A stretch of DNA of 64,000 bases. Origin: Candidatus Nanopelagicales bacterium. GTDB lineage: Bacteria > Actinomycetota > Actinomycetes > S36-B12. The translations under genes and the position numbers were made by a program. A model generated the notes under the pieces. The model saw nothing but the letters and a program-made list of their open reading frames with translations. It was not told the origin of the DNA and did no database searches. The DNA lies in contig JBMOKH010000001.1 in the NCBI GenBank assembly GCA_049315365.1, positions 934 to 64,933 of the forward strand, written 5' to 3'. Below are positions 1-8,535 of the stretch, piece after piece (positions within the stretch are counted from its first letter, which is position 1; the number at the start of each line of letters is the position of its first letter).

Positions 1-119
1 TTGCTCAGTCTTCGCTCGGATTCGCCGTCAGGCGCCCCGGGCCGCGGAACGGGATCCATCCGTGAACAAGGCGTGAGACGCCGCATACGCTTAACCGCCC
101 CCGCCGTGCGGGGCAATTG

Positions 120-2090
120 ATGCCGACAGGGGACGAGATGAACGAACGCAGAGGTTGCATCGGAGGGCATGGCGCCCAACGAGGACGGTTGCCCGGTATC
201 CCGAGGCGTGTCATCGCCACCGCCGCGACCCTCGCGCTCGTCGCCATTCCCGTCTCGGCGAGTGCTGCCGAGCCGACCAGGACCTTGAAGGTCGGGACAC
301 TCACCCTCACCTCCTGCGACTCAGTCGAGGTTGATGGTTCGCAAGCCTGGTGCGGACGACTCCCGCGCCCATGGGACCCCGCATCACCTGGATCAGCGAC
401 ACTCGATGTGGGCTTCGTCCTCACGCTCCCCATGGGTCAGGCCCGTGCAGCGGCTGCTGCGCCGCAGTCGTCCGCAACGTCAGCCATCGTCGCGCTAGAG
501 GGAGGGCCCGGCTACGGTGGCATCGCGAGTGGCACGGACTTCGCCGAGCCATTCGGCGACGAACTCTCGACGCGAGCTCTGCTCGTCATGGATCAGCGCG
601 GCACTGGCCTTTCCGATCCCGTCGATTGCGACGCTGAGATCGCCGACGGCGACACCTGGCGCGAGGCCATCGGCTCATGTGCTTCGAAGCTCGGTGACCG
701 TTTCGACCTGTTCGGCACGTCCCTCGCCGCAGATGACCTAGCGGCCATCATCAACGCCCTGCAGCTCGGCCCGTCAAACATCTACGGCGTCTCCTACGGC
801 ACCTTCTTCGGGCAGGTTTTCGCAGGCCGCCACCCTGATCTCACCCGCACGCTCCTGCTCGACAGCGCCTACCCGGTTTTCGGCGAGGAGGGCTGGGTGG
901 AGACCGTCGGGCCGTCGCTCACTGACGCCCTCGATCTCACGTGCAGCAGGGCATCGAGTTGCGCGAAGATCCGCGGGCGCAGTTCTGACCGGCTCGCCCG
1001 GGTGCTGAACGAGCTTCGGCGAACCCCCGTGCGCGTGAGCGCCCCGGCCCCTGACGGTTCTCGCAAGAAGGCGAACATCACCCCGTCCAAACTTTTCCAG
1101 GCGATCATCGACGCCGGCTACGGCGGGACGACCTTTGCCGGCCTGGACCCGGCCCTTCGAGCCGCCCTCGCAGGCGACTGGCTGCCGCTCGGCCGCCTCG
1201 TCAATGAGTCGCAGGGAGCTGGCTTGCGCCCGCTCGACGATGGATCAGACGGGGGAAATGACGGGCTCATGTACGCCGTCATCTGCCAGGACTATCCGCG
1301 GATCGTCAATGCGAACATCCCGCCTGCCGCCCGCGAGGAGCAGTATCAGGCGGCCCTCAAGGCGGGACGCACCGCAAAGGCTGCCCTGTACGCGCCCTTC
1401 ACCGTCAATGAGTTCCTCGCCACCGACTGGTGGGATCAGGAGTCGTGCCTGGACTGGCCCGTATCGACGCGCTACCCCGCCGTGCCGCCGATTCCGCCGA
1501 GCGGTGCCTACGGGACCCAGCCGACGCTGGTGCTGTCGGGTGATCTCGACCTCGTAACAACCGTCCGCGAGGGCGCGATGGTCGCTGCTCAGTTCCCCAA
1601 CTCCCGACAGATCGTGGTCGCCAGCGGCACGCACGGGGTGACGGGCAACGAGTGCATCGACGGTTTGATTCAGCAGTTCATCGATGAGCCGCAGCCTGTC
1701 ATCGATGGTGCTGGCGGTCAGTGCGCCGCCGACGAGCCACCGGTTCGCGTCGTCTCCGGATTCCCTCGGACGAGCCAGGGGCTCACCACGAGCGTCGCGG
1801 CCGCACGCACGGTTGCCGATCTCTTCGACCGCTGGCGGGTTGGGCCCGACAAGCGCACCATCACCGGCTACGGCCTTCGTGGTGGATCGTGGAAGGCGGT
1901 CGGCTACGACAACGTCACGTTCACCCTCAAGCAGGTGAAACTGTTCGATGACCTGCCAGTGTCGGGCACGGTGACCTGGGGCGAGGACGGCAGCGTTCGG
2001 ACCTCGCTCACCGCGGCTGGTCGCCGGGTCTCCCCGCGATGGAGCGACTGGACGCACCCGACGCTGTCAACGCAAGAGCGACTCGGCTGA
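120..2090 (+). CDS. Secreted alpha/beta hydrolase, peptidase S33 (tripeptidyl/prolyl aminopeptidase, TAP-like) family
   Basis: ORF 117..2090 (TTG 117, ATG 120 and 138). Signal-like N-terminus RRVIATAATLALVAIPVSASA. 'MDQRGTGLS' block and nucleophile elbow 'GVSYGT'. C-terminal 'LVLSGDLD' and 'SGTHGV' acid/His region. Confidence 0.7.
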   Translation: MPTGDEMNERRGCIGGHGAQRGRLPGIPRRVIATAATLALVAIPVSASAAEPTRTLKVGTLTLTSCDSVEVDGSQAWCGRLPRPWDPASPGSATLDVGFVLTLPMGQARAAAAAPQSSATSAIVALEGGPGYGGIASGTDFAEPFGDELSTRALLVMDQRGTGLSDPVDCDAEIADGDTWREAIGSCASKLGDRFDLFGTSLAADDLAAIINALQLGPSNIYGVSYGTFFGQVFAGRHPDLTRTLLLDSAYPVFGEEGWVETVGPSLTDALDLTCSRASSCAKIRGRSSDRLARVLNELRRTPVRVSAPAPDGSRKKANITPSKLFQAIIDAGYGGTTFAGLDPALRAALAGDWLPLGRLVNESQGAGLRPLDDGSDGGNDGLMYAVICQDYPRIVNANIPPAAREEQYQAALKAGRTAKAALYAPFTVNEFLATDWWDQESCLDWPVSTRYPAVPPIPPSGAYGTQPTLVLSGDLDLVTTVREGAMVAAQFPNSRQIVVASGTHGVTGNECIDGLIQQFIDEPQPVIDGAGGQCAADEPPVRVVSGFPRTSQGLTTSVAAARTVADLFDRWRVGPDKRTITGYGLRGGSWKAVGYDNVTFTLKQVKLFDDLPVSGTVTWGEDGSVRTSLTAAGRRVSPRWSDWTHPTLSTQERLG

Positions 2091-2501
2091 GCCCGCCTGG
2101 GCGTTGATCGTCAACACGCCATCAGTGGTCAGCGACGCCGTCGCCGTCACGTCGCAGCCGGCTCCCTTGGGAGCGCACGAGTAGGGACCTACCGCGACGT
2201 CACCGTCGAAGATCAACTCGCGGACCAACTGAGTCCCCCGTGCGTCTACGACGCCGACCCTGAGAGTGTCGCCAGATCTCCAGACCCTGAACTCGACACT
2301 CAGGGTGAGCGACTCCTGCTTCGACCAGTCGGAGTTCTCGTGGGTTTCCACGACACTGAACCAGGTGCCGCCATCAAGCTCGAGACCGGCCTTCATCCAG
2401 TTGCGGTCATCGGTGCGCACCATGAGTCCGCACTGGTCATAGGGCGAGTTGAAATTGGACTGCGCGATGCTCTCATGAAAGGCCCCCTTTTCTCGCGTCA
2501 C
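2067..2501 (-). CDS. DUF1349-like (concanavalin-A-like fold) protein, apparently lacking the N-terminal third
   Basis: ORF 2067..2681. Only the part from '..REKGAFHESIAQSNFNSPYDQCGLMVRTDDRNWMKAGLELDGG..' looks like DUF1349 ('YDQAGLMVR..ENW.K' block). The first ~60 codons are low-complexity and overlap the dnaB 3' end. In-frame GTG at 2501 and ATG at 2423 are possible starts. Confidence 0.45.
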   Translation of the reverse strand: MTREKGAFHESIAQSNFNSPYDQCGLMVRTDDRNWMKAGLELDGGTWFSVVETHENSDWSKQESLTLSVEFRVWRSGDTLRVGVVDARGTQLVRELIFDGDVAVGPYSCAPKGAGCDVTATASLTTDGVLTINAQAGSAESLLR

Positions 2502-2631
2502 CTGAGATGAGTAAGTACTACATGGGATGCGCACCGCGCTGACTCCGGCTCGAATGCTGGCGATGGGGGGCCGTGCGCTGCATCCATCACTCACTTGTCG
2601 CCACAAATCTTGATTCCCTACAACGCAGCAT

Positions 2632-3990
2632 TTACGAAGTGGCCATGTCGACGAACCTGCTGTAGTGGCCCTGGAAGGCAACGGTCACCGTCGCCGTCGG
2701 GCCATTGCGGTGCTTCGCGACGATGAAGTCGGCCTCGCCCGCGCGAGGCGACTCGCGTTCGTAGGCATCCTCACGGTGAAGGAGGACGACGACATCGGCA
2801 TCCTGCTCGAGCGAACCGGACTCGCGCAGGTCGGCGAGGAGGGGGCGCTTGTCAGTGCGCTGCTCAGCCCCACGATTCAACTGGCTGATGGCGATGACCG
2901 GGACTTCAAGCTCCTTGGCGAGGAGTTTCAATGACCTGGAGAACTCCGAGACCTCCTGCTGCCGGCTCTCAACCCGCTTTCCGCTTGTCATGAGCTGCAG
3001 GTAGTCGACGACGACGAGTCGCAGGTCATGACGCTGCTTGAGCCGCCGGCACTTCGCGCGGATCTCCATGAGGGTCATGTTTGGGGAGTCATCGATGAAC
3101 AGTGGCGCCTCGCTCACCGTGCCCATCTTGCTCGCCAGCTTTGACCAGTCGGCATCGCCCATCGTGCCGGCGCGCATGTGGTGCAGCGGCACCTGGGCCT
3201 CCGCCGAGAGCAGGCGCATGACGATCTCGTTGCGGCTCATCTCGAGCGAGAAGATCACGCTTGCGAGACCGTGCTTGATGGAGGCCGCGCGGCAGATATC
3301 GAGGCCGAGGGTGGACTTACCGAGGGCGGGCCGGGCCGCCAGGATGACGAGCTGCCCCGGATGAAGGCCGTTGGTGAGCTTGTCGAGCTCGATGAATCCG
3401 GTGGGAACGCCGATCATCTCGCCGCCGCGATTCGAGATCGCCTCGATCTCGTTCAGCGCCTCGCCCATGATTTCGCGCAGCGGCAGGTAATCCTCGCTCG
3501 TCCGGCGATCCGTGACGTCGTAAACCTCCGCCTGCGCGCGATCGACCATGTCGTCGACATCACCCGTGCCGGTGTAGCCCATATGGACGATGCGGGTGCC
3601 CGCCTCAACGAGGCGCCGCAGGATGGCCTGCTCGCGGACGATGCGGCCGTAGTAGCCGCCGTTCGCCGCTGTCGGGACCATGGACACGAGCGTGTGGAGG
3701 TAGGTCGCACCGCCGACGCGCGCGATCTCGCCGGCCTTCGTGAGCTCAGCCGCCACCGTCACCGCATCGGCGGGCTCGCCCTTGCCGTACAGGTCGAGGA
3801 TCGCGCTGTAGATGGTCTGATGCGCTGGACGGTAGAAGTCGCCCTCACGAACGACCTCGACGACATCGGCGATGGCGTCCTTGCTCAGCAGCATTGCCCC
3901 GATGACGGACTGCTCGGCTGCGATGTCGTTCGGGGGCGTGCGATCCGGGCCCCTTGACTCGACCGGAACCTGCAGTTCAGTGACGCTCAT
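2632..3990 (-). CDS. dnaB: Replicative DNA helicase DnaB
   Basis: 452 aa. N-terminal 'PPNDIAAEQSVIGAMLL', Walker A 'ARPALGKSTLGLD', 'SLEMS', 'VVDYLQLM', 'ISQLNR'. No intein-sized insertion. Confidence 0.97.
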   Translation of the reverse strand: MSVTELQVPVESRGPDRTPPNDIAAEQSVIGAMLLSKDAIADVVEVVREGDFYRPAHQTIYSAILDLYGKGEPADAVTVAAELTKAGEIARVGGATYLHTLVSMVPTAANGGYYGRIVREQAILRRLVEAGTRIVHMGYTGTGDVDDMVDRAQAEVYDVTDRRTSEDYLPLREIMGEALNEIEAISNRGGEMIGVPTGFIELDKLTNGLHPGQLVILAARPALGKSTLGLDICRAASIKHGLASVIFSLEMSRNEIVMRLLSAEAQVPLHHMRAGTMGDADWSKLASKMGTVSEAPLFIDDSPNMTLMEIRAKCRRLKQRHDLRLVVVDYLQLMTSGKRVESRQQEVSEFSRSLKLLAKELEVPVIAISQLNRGAEQRTDKRPLLADLRESGSLEQDADVVVLLHREDAYERESPRAGEADFIVAKHRNGPTATVTVAFQGHYSRFVDMATS

Positions 3991-4109
3991 GCCGCCCCCT
4001 TCCGTGCTTCGTTCGGTCGATGATCCCCTGTGTGATGGTTATACCCAAGGGGTGTGACGAACGTTAGGGACAGGGGTCGAGGTCTGTCCATCCTGCCTGT
4101 GTATAAACA

Positions 4110-4237
4110 TGTGGATAGTCTGTTGGGAACGCCCATTTCCGTCTTCCCCACCTGTGGATATGGTGAGGAAGACCGGTCAGATATCCGGTCATATTCTCGA
4201 ATCCATGGGGAATCCGGAGTCCGGCACATGTGGAAAG
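4110..4237. promoter_or_regulatory. Three same-orientation DnaA-box-like 9-mers in the dnaB / PTP divergent intergenic region
   Basis: tgtggatag (4110..4118), tgtggatat (4153..4161), tgtggaaag (4229..4237). These are the reverse complements of CTATCCACA, ATATCCACA and CTTTCCACA, the same box variants seen in oriC at 42126..42228. Confidence 0.4.
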
Positions 4238-4270
4238 AAAATTGATCGGGATTCTCACTAAGGTTGCCCG

Positions 4271-4795
4271 ATGACACCAACAACGACACGAAACTATCGG
4301 GTGACGATCGTCTGCCTCGGCAACATCTGCCGGTCCCCCATCGGGGAGGCCGTCCTTCGTGATCGCGTCGCACGCAGTAGCCTCGCCGAGGTCGTCGAGG
4401 TCGACTCCGCAGGGACGGGTGACTGGCATGTCGGGCAGGGAGCCAACCCGCGCAGTGTCCAGGTCCTCGATACTCACGGTTACGAGCACGACCACACTGC
4501 CCGGCAGATTGATCACAGTTGGTTCGCCGATATCGACCTGGTCATCGCCATGGACACCTCGAACTACGCGGACATCAGGGCCCTCATCCCGAGCTCGGAG
4601 CAGCACGTCGAGCTACGAATGCTCCGCGCCTTCGATCCGGCGTTGGCTGGAATCCCGGAACCTGATGTCCGACTTGACGTGCCCGATCCCTATCACGGCA
4701 CCGACGAGGATTTCGTCGTCGTGCTTCGCATGGTGGAGTCGGCGGTCGATGGGCTCATGAGCGTCCTTCCTGAGCGAATCGCGGCCGCTCGCTGA
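4271..4795 (+). CDS. Low-molecular-weight protein-tyrosine phosphatase
   Basis: P-loop 'VCLGNICRSP' (CX5R-S) near the N-terminus and the general-acid 'DVPDPY' loop. 174 aa. Confidence 0.9.
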   Translation: MTPTTTRNYRVTIVCLGNICRSPIGEAVLRDRVARSSLAEVVEVDSAGTGDWHVGQGANPRSVQVLDTHGYEHDHTARQIDHSWFADIDLVIAMDTSNYADIRALIPSSEQHVELRMLRAFDPALAGIPEPDVRLDVPDPYHGTDEDFVVVLRMVESAVDGLMSVLPERIAAAR

Positions 4796-4817
4796 CCGCC
4801 TTGCCCTCAGCACATGG

Positions 4818-4862
4818 CCGGCCCCCGCCACCTCACCCATGAATGGGAGGCGCGGGGGCCGG
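4818..4862. terminator. GC-rich hairpin between convergent genes (candidate bidirectional terminator)
   Basis: ccggcccccgc (4818..4828) pairs perfectly with gcgggggccgg (4852..4862), an 11-bp stem. It lies between the PTP stop (4795) and the DUF805 stop (4874). No clear U-tract. Confidence 0.4.
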
Positions 4863-4873
4863 TCAAGTAATCG

Positions 4874-5236
4874 CTAAGCGGCGGGGCCGTACTGATTGTC
4901 GCCAGGCTGAGATGCAGGCAACCACAGGACGATCAGGATGATGTGCCCAACGCAAGGAATGAGGAGAAGCAGTTGGAGCCAACCCGTCTTGCCTGTGTCG
5001 TGCAGTCGCCGGCAACCGACAGCGAGCGTCGCAAGAATCAGGACCACCGCGATCAGGTTGAAGAGCAGACCAACAATGGCGTTGTCATTTCGGCCGAGGA
5101 GACCCCCAAGGACGTACACAACGATCTGCAAGATGGCCACGAACAGAATCCAGTACCAGAACTCCGACCGCTGCGCCCGGCCGGAGAATCTCGTCATGCT
5201 GCCAAAACCAGAGGTGATTGCCTCAACAAAACCCAT
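4874..5236 (-). CDS. DUF805 family inner-membrane protein
   Basis: 'FSGRAQRSEFWYW' N-terminal block, hydrophobic helices and the signature 'RRLHDTGKTGW'. Confidence 0.8.
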   Translation of the reverse strand: MGFVEAITSGFGSMTRFSGRAQRSEFWYWILFVAILQIVVYVLGGLLGRNDNAIVGLLFNLIAVVLILATLAVGCRRLHDTGKTGWLQLLLLIPCVGHIILIVLWLPASQPGDNQYGPAA

Positions 5237-5382
5237 AATGACCCCAAATCAGATTGGCCCGAACCTCACTTGGCCGGGCGGACAGGTCATATTGTTGCGT
5301 TAGTCAGCCCTGACTTCCAGCACTATTGCGGACAATTGTTGATTTGTTCACGGTTCAGATGCAGGCCGTGGCCTCATTGAGG

Positions 5383-5790
5383 CTAGGCGGGAACGGGTCC
5401 GTAGGGATTGTCGACTGCTGACCCTTCAAGGGCCCACAGCACGATGAGGGCGATATTCCCGCAAGGGACGAGTACGAGAAGTTGCAGCCAGCCGGACTGT
5501 CCGCGATCGTGCAGGCGGCGGCAGCCGACTGCGTAGGTCGGGACCAGCAGGGCGAGCGACACGATCCCGCCGATGACGTAGAAGATGGTGCCGATCGCGA
5601 GCATCGCACCGTTCGCACTCCCACCATCGGGTGAAACGGACAGCGCGACGAACAGCGCGCCGATGAGCATCGGCACCGATACGACGATCAACTGAAAGAC
5701 GATCCACCACCAGAACTCGGATCGCTTGGCACGGCCTTCGAACGTGGCGTACTTCGAAAAGCATGTACGCACTGCATCGGGTAGAGACAT
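5383..5790 (-). CDS. DUF805 family inner-membrane protein (tandem paralogue)
   Basis: 'FEGRAKRSEFWWW' and 'RRLHDRGQSGW'. ORF runs to 5826, but the ATG at 5790 is preceded by AAGGGGGA (Shine-Dalgarno-like) and matches the paralogue's N-terminus. Confidence 0.8.
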   Translation of the reverse strand: MSLPDAVRTCFSKYATFEGRAKRSEFWWWIVFQLIVVSVPMLIGALFVALSVSPDGGSANGAMLAIGTIFYVIGGIVSLALLVPTYAVGCRRLHDRGQSGWLQLLVLVPCGNIALIVLWALEGSAVDNPYGPVPA

Positions 5791-5914
5791 GAGGTCCCCC
5801 TTCACTCGGTTGTCAGGTCCTGCCATGCGGAAGGACGAGGCGGTGCCTTCGGCACAAAACGTAGGGAGTGAAGCCTAGCGGCCCCACTCCCTGCGTTGCG
5901 TGCTTAAATCCGTC

Positions 5915-6361
5915 CTACTGCGCGACCACCTCAAGGGTGATGACGGCCGAAACGCCCTCATGGACGGCGACCTTCGCCGAGTGCTTGCCCAGCGTCTTGA
6001 TGGGCTTCGCAAGTTCGATGCTGCGCTTCTCGAGTGCCGGGCCACCGGCGCTCTTCACCGCGGTCGCGATATCGGCTGTCGTGACCGAGCCGAACAGCCG
6101 CCCAGTCTCGCCGGCCTTCACCAGCAACTGAACGACGAGCGCCTCGATCGCCTGCTTGATCTCATTGGCGTGCGCCATATCGCGCACCTCACGCACCTTG
6201 CGGGCACGCTTGATCTGGGTGACCTGCTTCTCGCCACCCTTTGTCCAGCCGATGGCGAAGCCGCGGGGCACGAGGTAATTGCGTGCGTAGCCGTCCTTCA
6301 CGGTGACGATGTCACCGGGATTGCCGAGGCCACTGACGTCCTGGGTCAAAATGAGCTTCAT
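5915..6361 (-). CDS. rplI: 50S ribosomal protein L9
   Basis: '[34 protein letters not shown]'. Last gene of the rpsF-ssb-rpsR-rplI block. Confidence 0.95.
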   Translation of the reverse strand: MKLILTQDVSGLGNPGDIVTVKDGYARNYLVPRGFAIGWTKGGEKQVTQIKRARKVREVRDMAHANEIKQAIEALVVQLLVKAGETGRLFGSVTTADIATAVKSAGGPALEKRSIELAKPIKTLGKHSAKVAVHEGVSAVITLEVVAQ

Positions 6362-6391
6362 GGTTTGTTCCCTTTCCTGTGAGTCGCCGGA

Positions 6392-6682
6392 TTAACGGGC
6401 GGTCGATGAGTAGGGGAGCAATGCCACTTCGCGGGCATTCTTGACGGCCATCGCCACATCGCGCTGGTGCTGCGTGCAGTTGCCGGTGACTCGCCGCGCA
6501 CGGATCTTCCCGCGATCGGAGATGTACTTGCGGAGCAGGGGGATGTCCTTGTAATCGATGATCTGGACACCCTTGCCCTTCGACTCAGCCCGGCAGAACG
6601 GGCAGGCCTTCTTCTTCGGGATCTTGTCATCTTTGCCGCGCATCGGAGCGCGCTTGCTGTCTCTGTCTCTGTCTCGTGCCAT
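6392..6682 (-). CDS. rpsR: 30S ribosomal protein S18
   Basis: '[50 protein letters not shown]'. ATG at 6682. Basic/acidic N-terminal extension [11 protein letters not shown]. Confidence 0.95.
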   Translation of the reverse strand: MARDRDRDSKRAPMRGKDDKIPKKKACPFCRAESKGKGVQIIDYKDIPLLRKYISDRGKIRARRVTGNCTQHQRDVAMAVKNAREVALLPYSSTAR

Positions 6683-6718
6683 GGTTGGTCGAATCTCCTG
6701 GGATGTTGGGTCTGTTGA

Positions 6719-7216
6719 CTAGAAGGGTGGCTCGTCGTACGCCGGCGCGCCGCCTGCGGCGCCACTTGCCCACGGGTCGTCGTTCGGGGCGTTGCCGGGG
6801 GCGCCGGAGCCTTGGCCCGAGCCGCCCTCGCCGAAGCCGCCGCCCTGACGCTGGACGCGATTAACCTTGGCCGTCGCGTAGCGGAGCGCCGGGCCGACAT
6901 CGTCGACCTCGAGCTCCATGACCGTGCGCTTCTCACCCTCGCGGGTCTCGTATGAGCGCTGCTTCAACCGTCCGGAAACGATGACACGCGTGCCCTTCGT
7001 GAGGGACTCGGCCACGTTCTCCGCGTACTGACGCCACACGCTGCAGCGCATGAAGACGGTTTCGCCGTCCTTCCACTCGTTCGTGGTCTTGTCGAGCACC
7101 CGCGAACTAGAGGCGACGGTGAATGAGGCAACGGCTGCGCCGCTGGGGGTGAACCGCAGTTCGGGATCGTTGGTCAGGTTGCCAACGACCGTCACTGTGA
7201 TGTCGCCCGCAGCCAC
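6719..7216 (-). CDS. ssb: Single-stranded DNA-binding protein
   Basis: OB-fold N-terminus '[30 protein letters not shown]', Gly-rich linker, acidic tip 'DEPPF'. GTG start overlaps the rpsF TAG by 1 nt (TAGTG). Confidence 0.95.
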   Translation of the reverse strand: MAAGDITVTVVGNLTNDPELRFTPSGAAVASFTVASSSRVLDKTTNEWKDGETVFMRCSVWRQYAENVAESLTKGTRVIVSGRLKQRSYETREGEKRTVMELEVDDVGPALRYATAKVNRVQRQGGGFGEGGSGQGSGAPGNAPNDDPWASGAAGGAPAYDEPPF

Positions 7217-7509
7217 TACTTGGCTCCCGCCGGGCGCATCACCTTGGTACGCATGACAGCCTCGTTGAGGCCGAGTTGACGATCAAGCTCGGTGACCGCG
7301 GCCACCGTGGCAGTGATGTCGAGGACTGCGTAGATGCCATCGGTCTTGTGGTTGATCTCGTACGCCAGACGGCGACGACCCCACACATCGACCTGGTTTA
7401 CCGAGCCACCATCGGCCTTGACGACGTTTAGGAACGCCTCAAGGCTGGGAGCAACGGTCTTCTCTTCAAGATCTGGGTCCAGAATGACCATGACCTCATA
7501 ACGACGCAT
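7216..7509 (-). CDS. rpsF: 30S ribosomal protein S6
   Basis: '[16 protein letters not shown]...'. The track starts at TTG 7515, but ATG 7509 gives the canonical MRxYE N-terminus with GGAGG 10 nt upstream. Confidence 0.95.
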   Translation of the reverse strand: MRRYEVMVILDPDLEEKTVAPSLEAFLNVVKADGGSVNQVDVWGRRRLAYEINHKTDGIYAVLDITATVAAVTELDRQLGLNEAVMRTKVMRPAGAK

Positions 7510-7519
7510 GAACAACCCA

Positions 7520-7562
7520 CCTCCTTCGGACTAAGCGGTCACGGTCGATCCGTGACAGGAGG
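7520..7562 (-). promoter_or_regulatory. Candidate rpsF 5' leader structure that sequesters the Shine-Dalgarno sequence
   Basis: On the mRNA strand: CCUCCU-GUCACGG-AUCGA-CCGUGAC-CGCUUAGUCCGA-AGGAGG. A perfect 7-bp hairpin (7538..7556) sits inside a CCUCCU/AGGAGG pairing that includes the rpsF SD. Confidence 0.35.
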
Positions 7563-7796
7563 GCTTCTGCGTGCCTTCGATGCGCCGAATACTTACTTCG
7601 ACCCTTCGCAGGACCCTGTGAGGCTACCGGACTTCCTCCCTCAGGCCAAAAGGACGAAGAGTTCAGGTCGTCAAGGGGAGTGGGAACGTGTCCACAACCG
7701 CGAGTTCGACGGTTGTCCAGTAGGCATGGCCTCGGTGACGCTCAGGACATGACCACCACCTCGCCTATTTGGCACCAACTTCGGTACCGTCTTCCT

Positions 7797-8072
7797 ATGG
7801 CCGTGAATATTCGAATGACTGAGGTGCTGGCGGAGACGTTGCGATCTCTGGCTCGCGAAACCGGACGGTCTCAGCAGGACCTCATTCGCGAGGCAATCAG
7901 CGAATACGTGCGCGACTACCCCCTGCGAGGCTTCCCACCCGAAGTCCGGCATCTCCTCACGCCAGCCAGGAGGGCGCCGAAGGGAGCACTCAAGCGGCCC
8001 TTCTTGACCCTTCCGGACGGAATCGGTTCCGAAGACCTCATCGCGCATGAGCGAGGCTCGGTCGACCGGTGA
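7797..8072 (+). CDS. vapB: Ribbon-helix-helix (CopG/VapB-type) antitoxin
   Basis: 'MAVNIRMTEVLAETLRSLARETGRSQQDLIREAISEYV' is a typical RHH N-terminus. Its stop overlaps the toxin start (GTGA at 8069..8072). The ORF track extension to 7680 is probably spurious. Confidence 0.7.
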   Translation: MAVNIRMTEVLAETLRSLARETGRSQQDLIREAISEYVRDYPLRGFPPEVRHLLTPARRAPKGALKRPFLTLPDGIGSEDLIAHERGSVDR

Positions 8073-8458
8073 TCATCTACTGCGACTCAAGTGTTCTGCT
8101 GAAGCGGGTGCTTGACGAGGCTGGTGCGGCCGAGCTCCGCTCGCAATTCCAAGGCTTCATCGATGGAGGTACCGCACTCGCAACCTCCGCCCTGGGGGAG
8201 CTTGAGGTGTCGCGTGTGTGTCGGAGGCATTTTGGCGACGAGGGGCTTGAGGATGCACGCGCTGCTCTTGAGGACATTGCCATCATGGCGGTGTCCGATG
8301 CCATCCTTCGGAATGCAGCTGACATTCCCCATCGTCACTTGCGCTCAGCCGACGCCATCCACGTCGCATCCGCCTTCACCCTGCGAGCCGACCTCGTCCT
8401 GACCAAGGACAGGCAGATGCGCGCGGCCTGCGCGGAGCTCGGCATCCCGGTCGGCTGA
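8069..8458 (+). CDS. vapC: PIN-domain ribonuclease toxin VapC
   Basis: 129 aa. Conserved acidic residues are in the expected places ('IIYCDSS', 'GELEVSRV', 'RSADAIHVASA', 'LTKDRQM'). Confidence 0.8.
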   Translation: MIIYCDSSVLLKRVLDEAGAAELRSQFQGFIDGGTALATSALGELEVSRVCRRHFGDEGLEDARAALEDIAIMAVSDAILRNAADIPHRHLRSADAIHVASAFTLRADLVLTKDRQMRAACAELGIPVG

Positions 8459-8535
8459 CCGTCTCACCCGAGCGCTCCTCGCCCGGCGAGTTGGGTCTCC
8501 CGGGCACCTCGCGGGGCCGGGCCTAGAGTGAACCC

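Noticed and set aside
6358-6936. 192-aa Arg/Ala/Ser-rich minus-strand ORF
   Set aside because: It is out of frame across rpsR, the rpsR-ssb spacer and the ssb 3' end. It is low-complexity, and both overlapped genes are certain.
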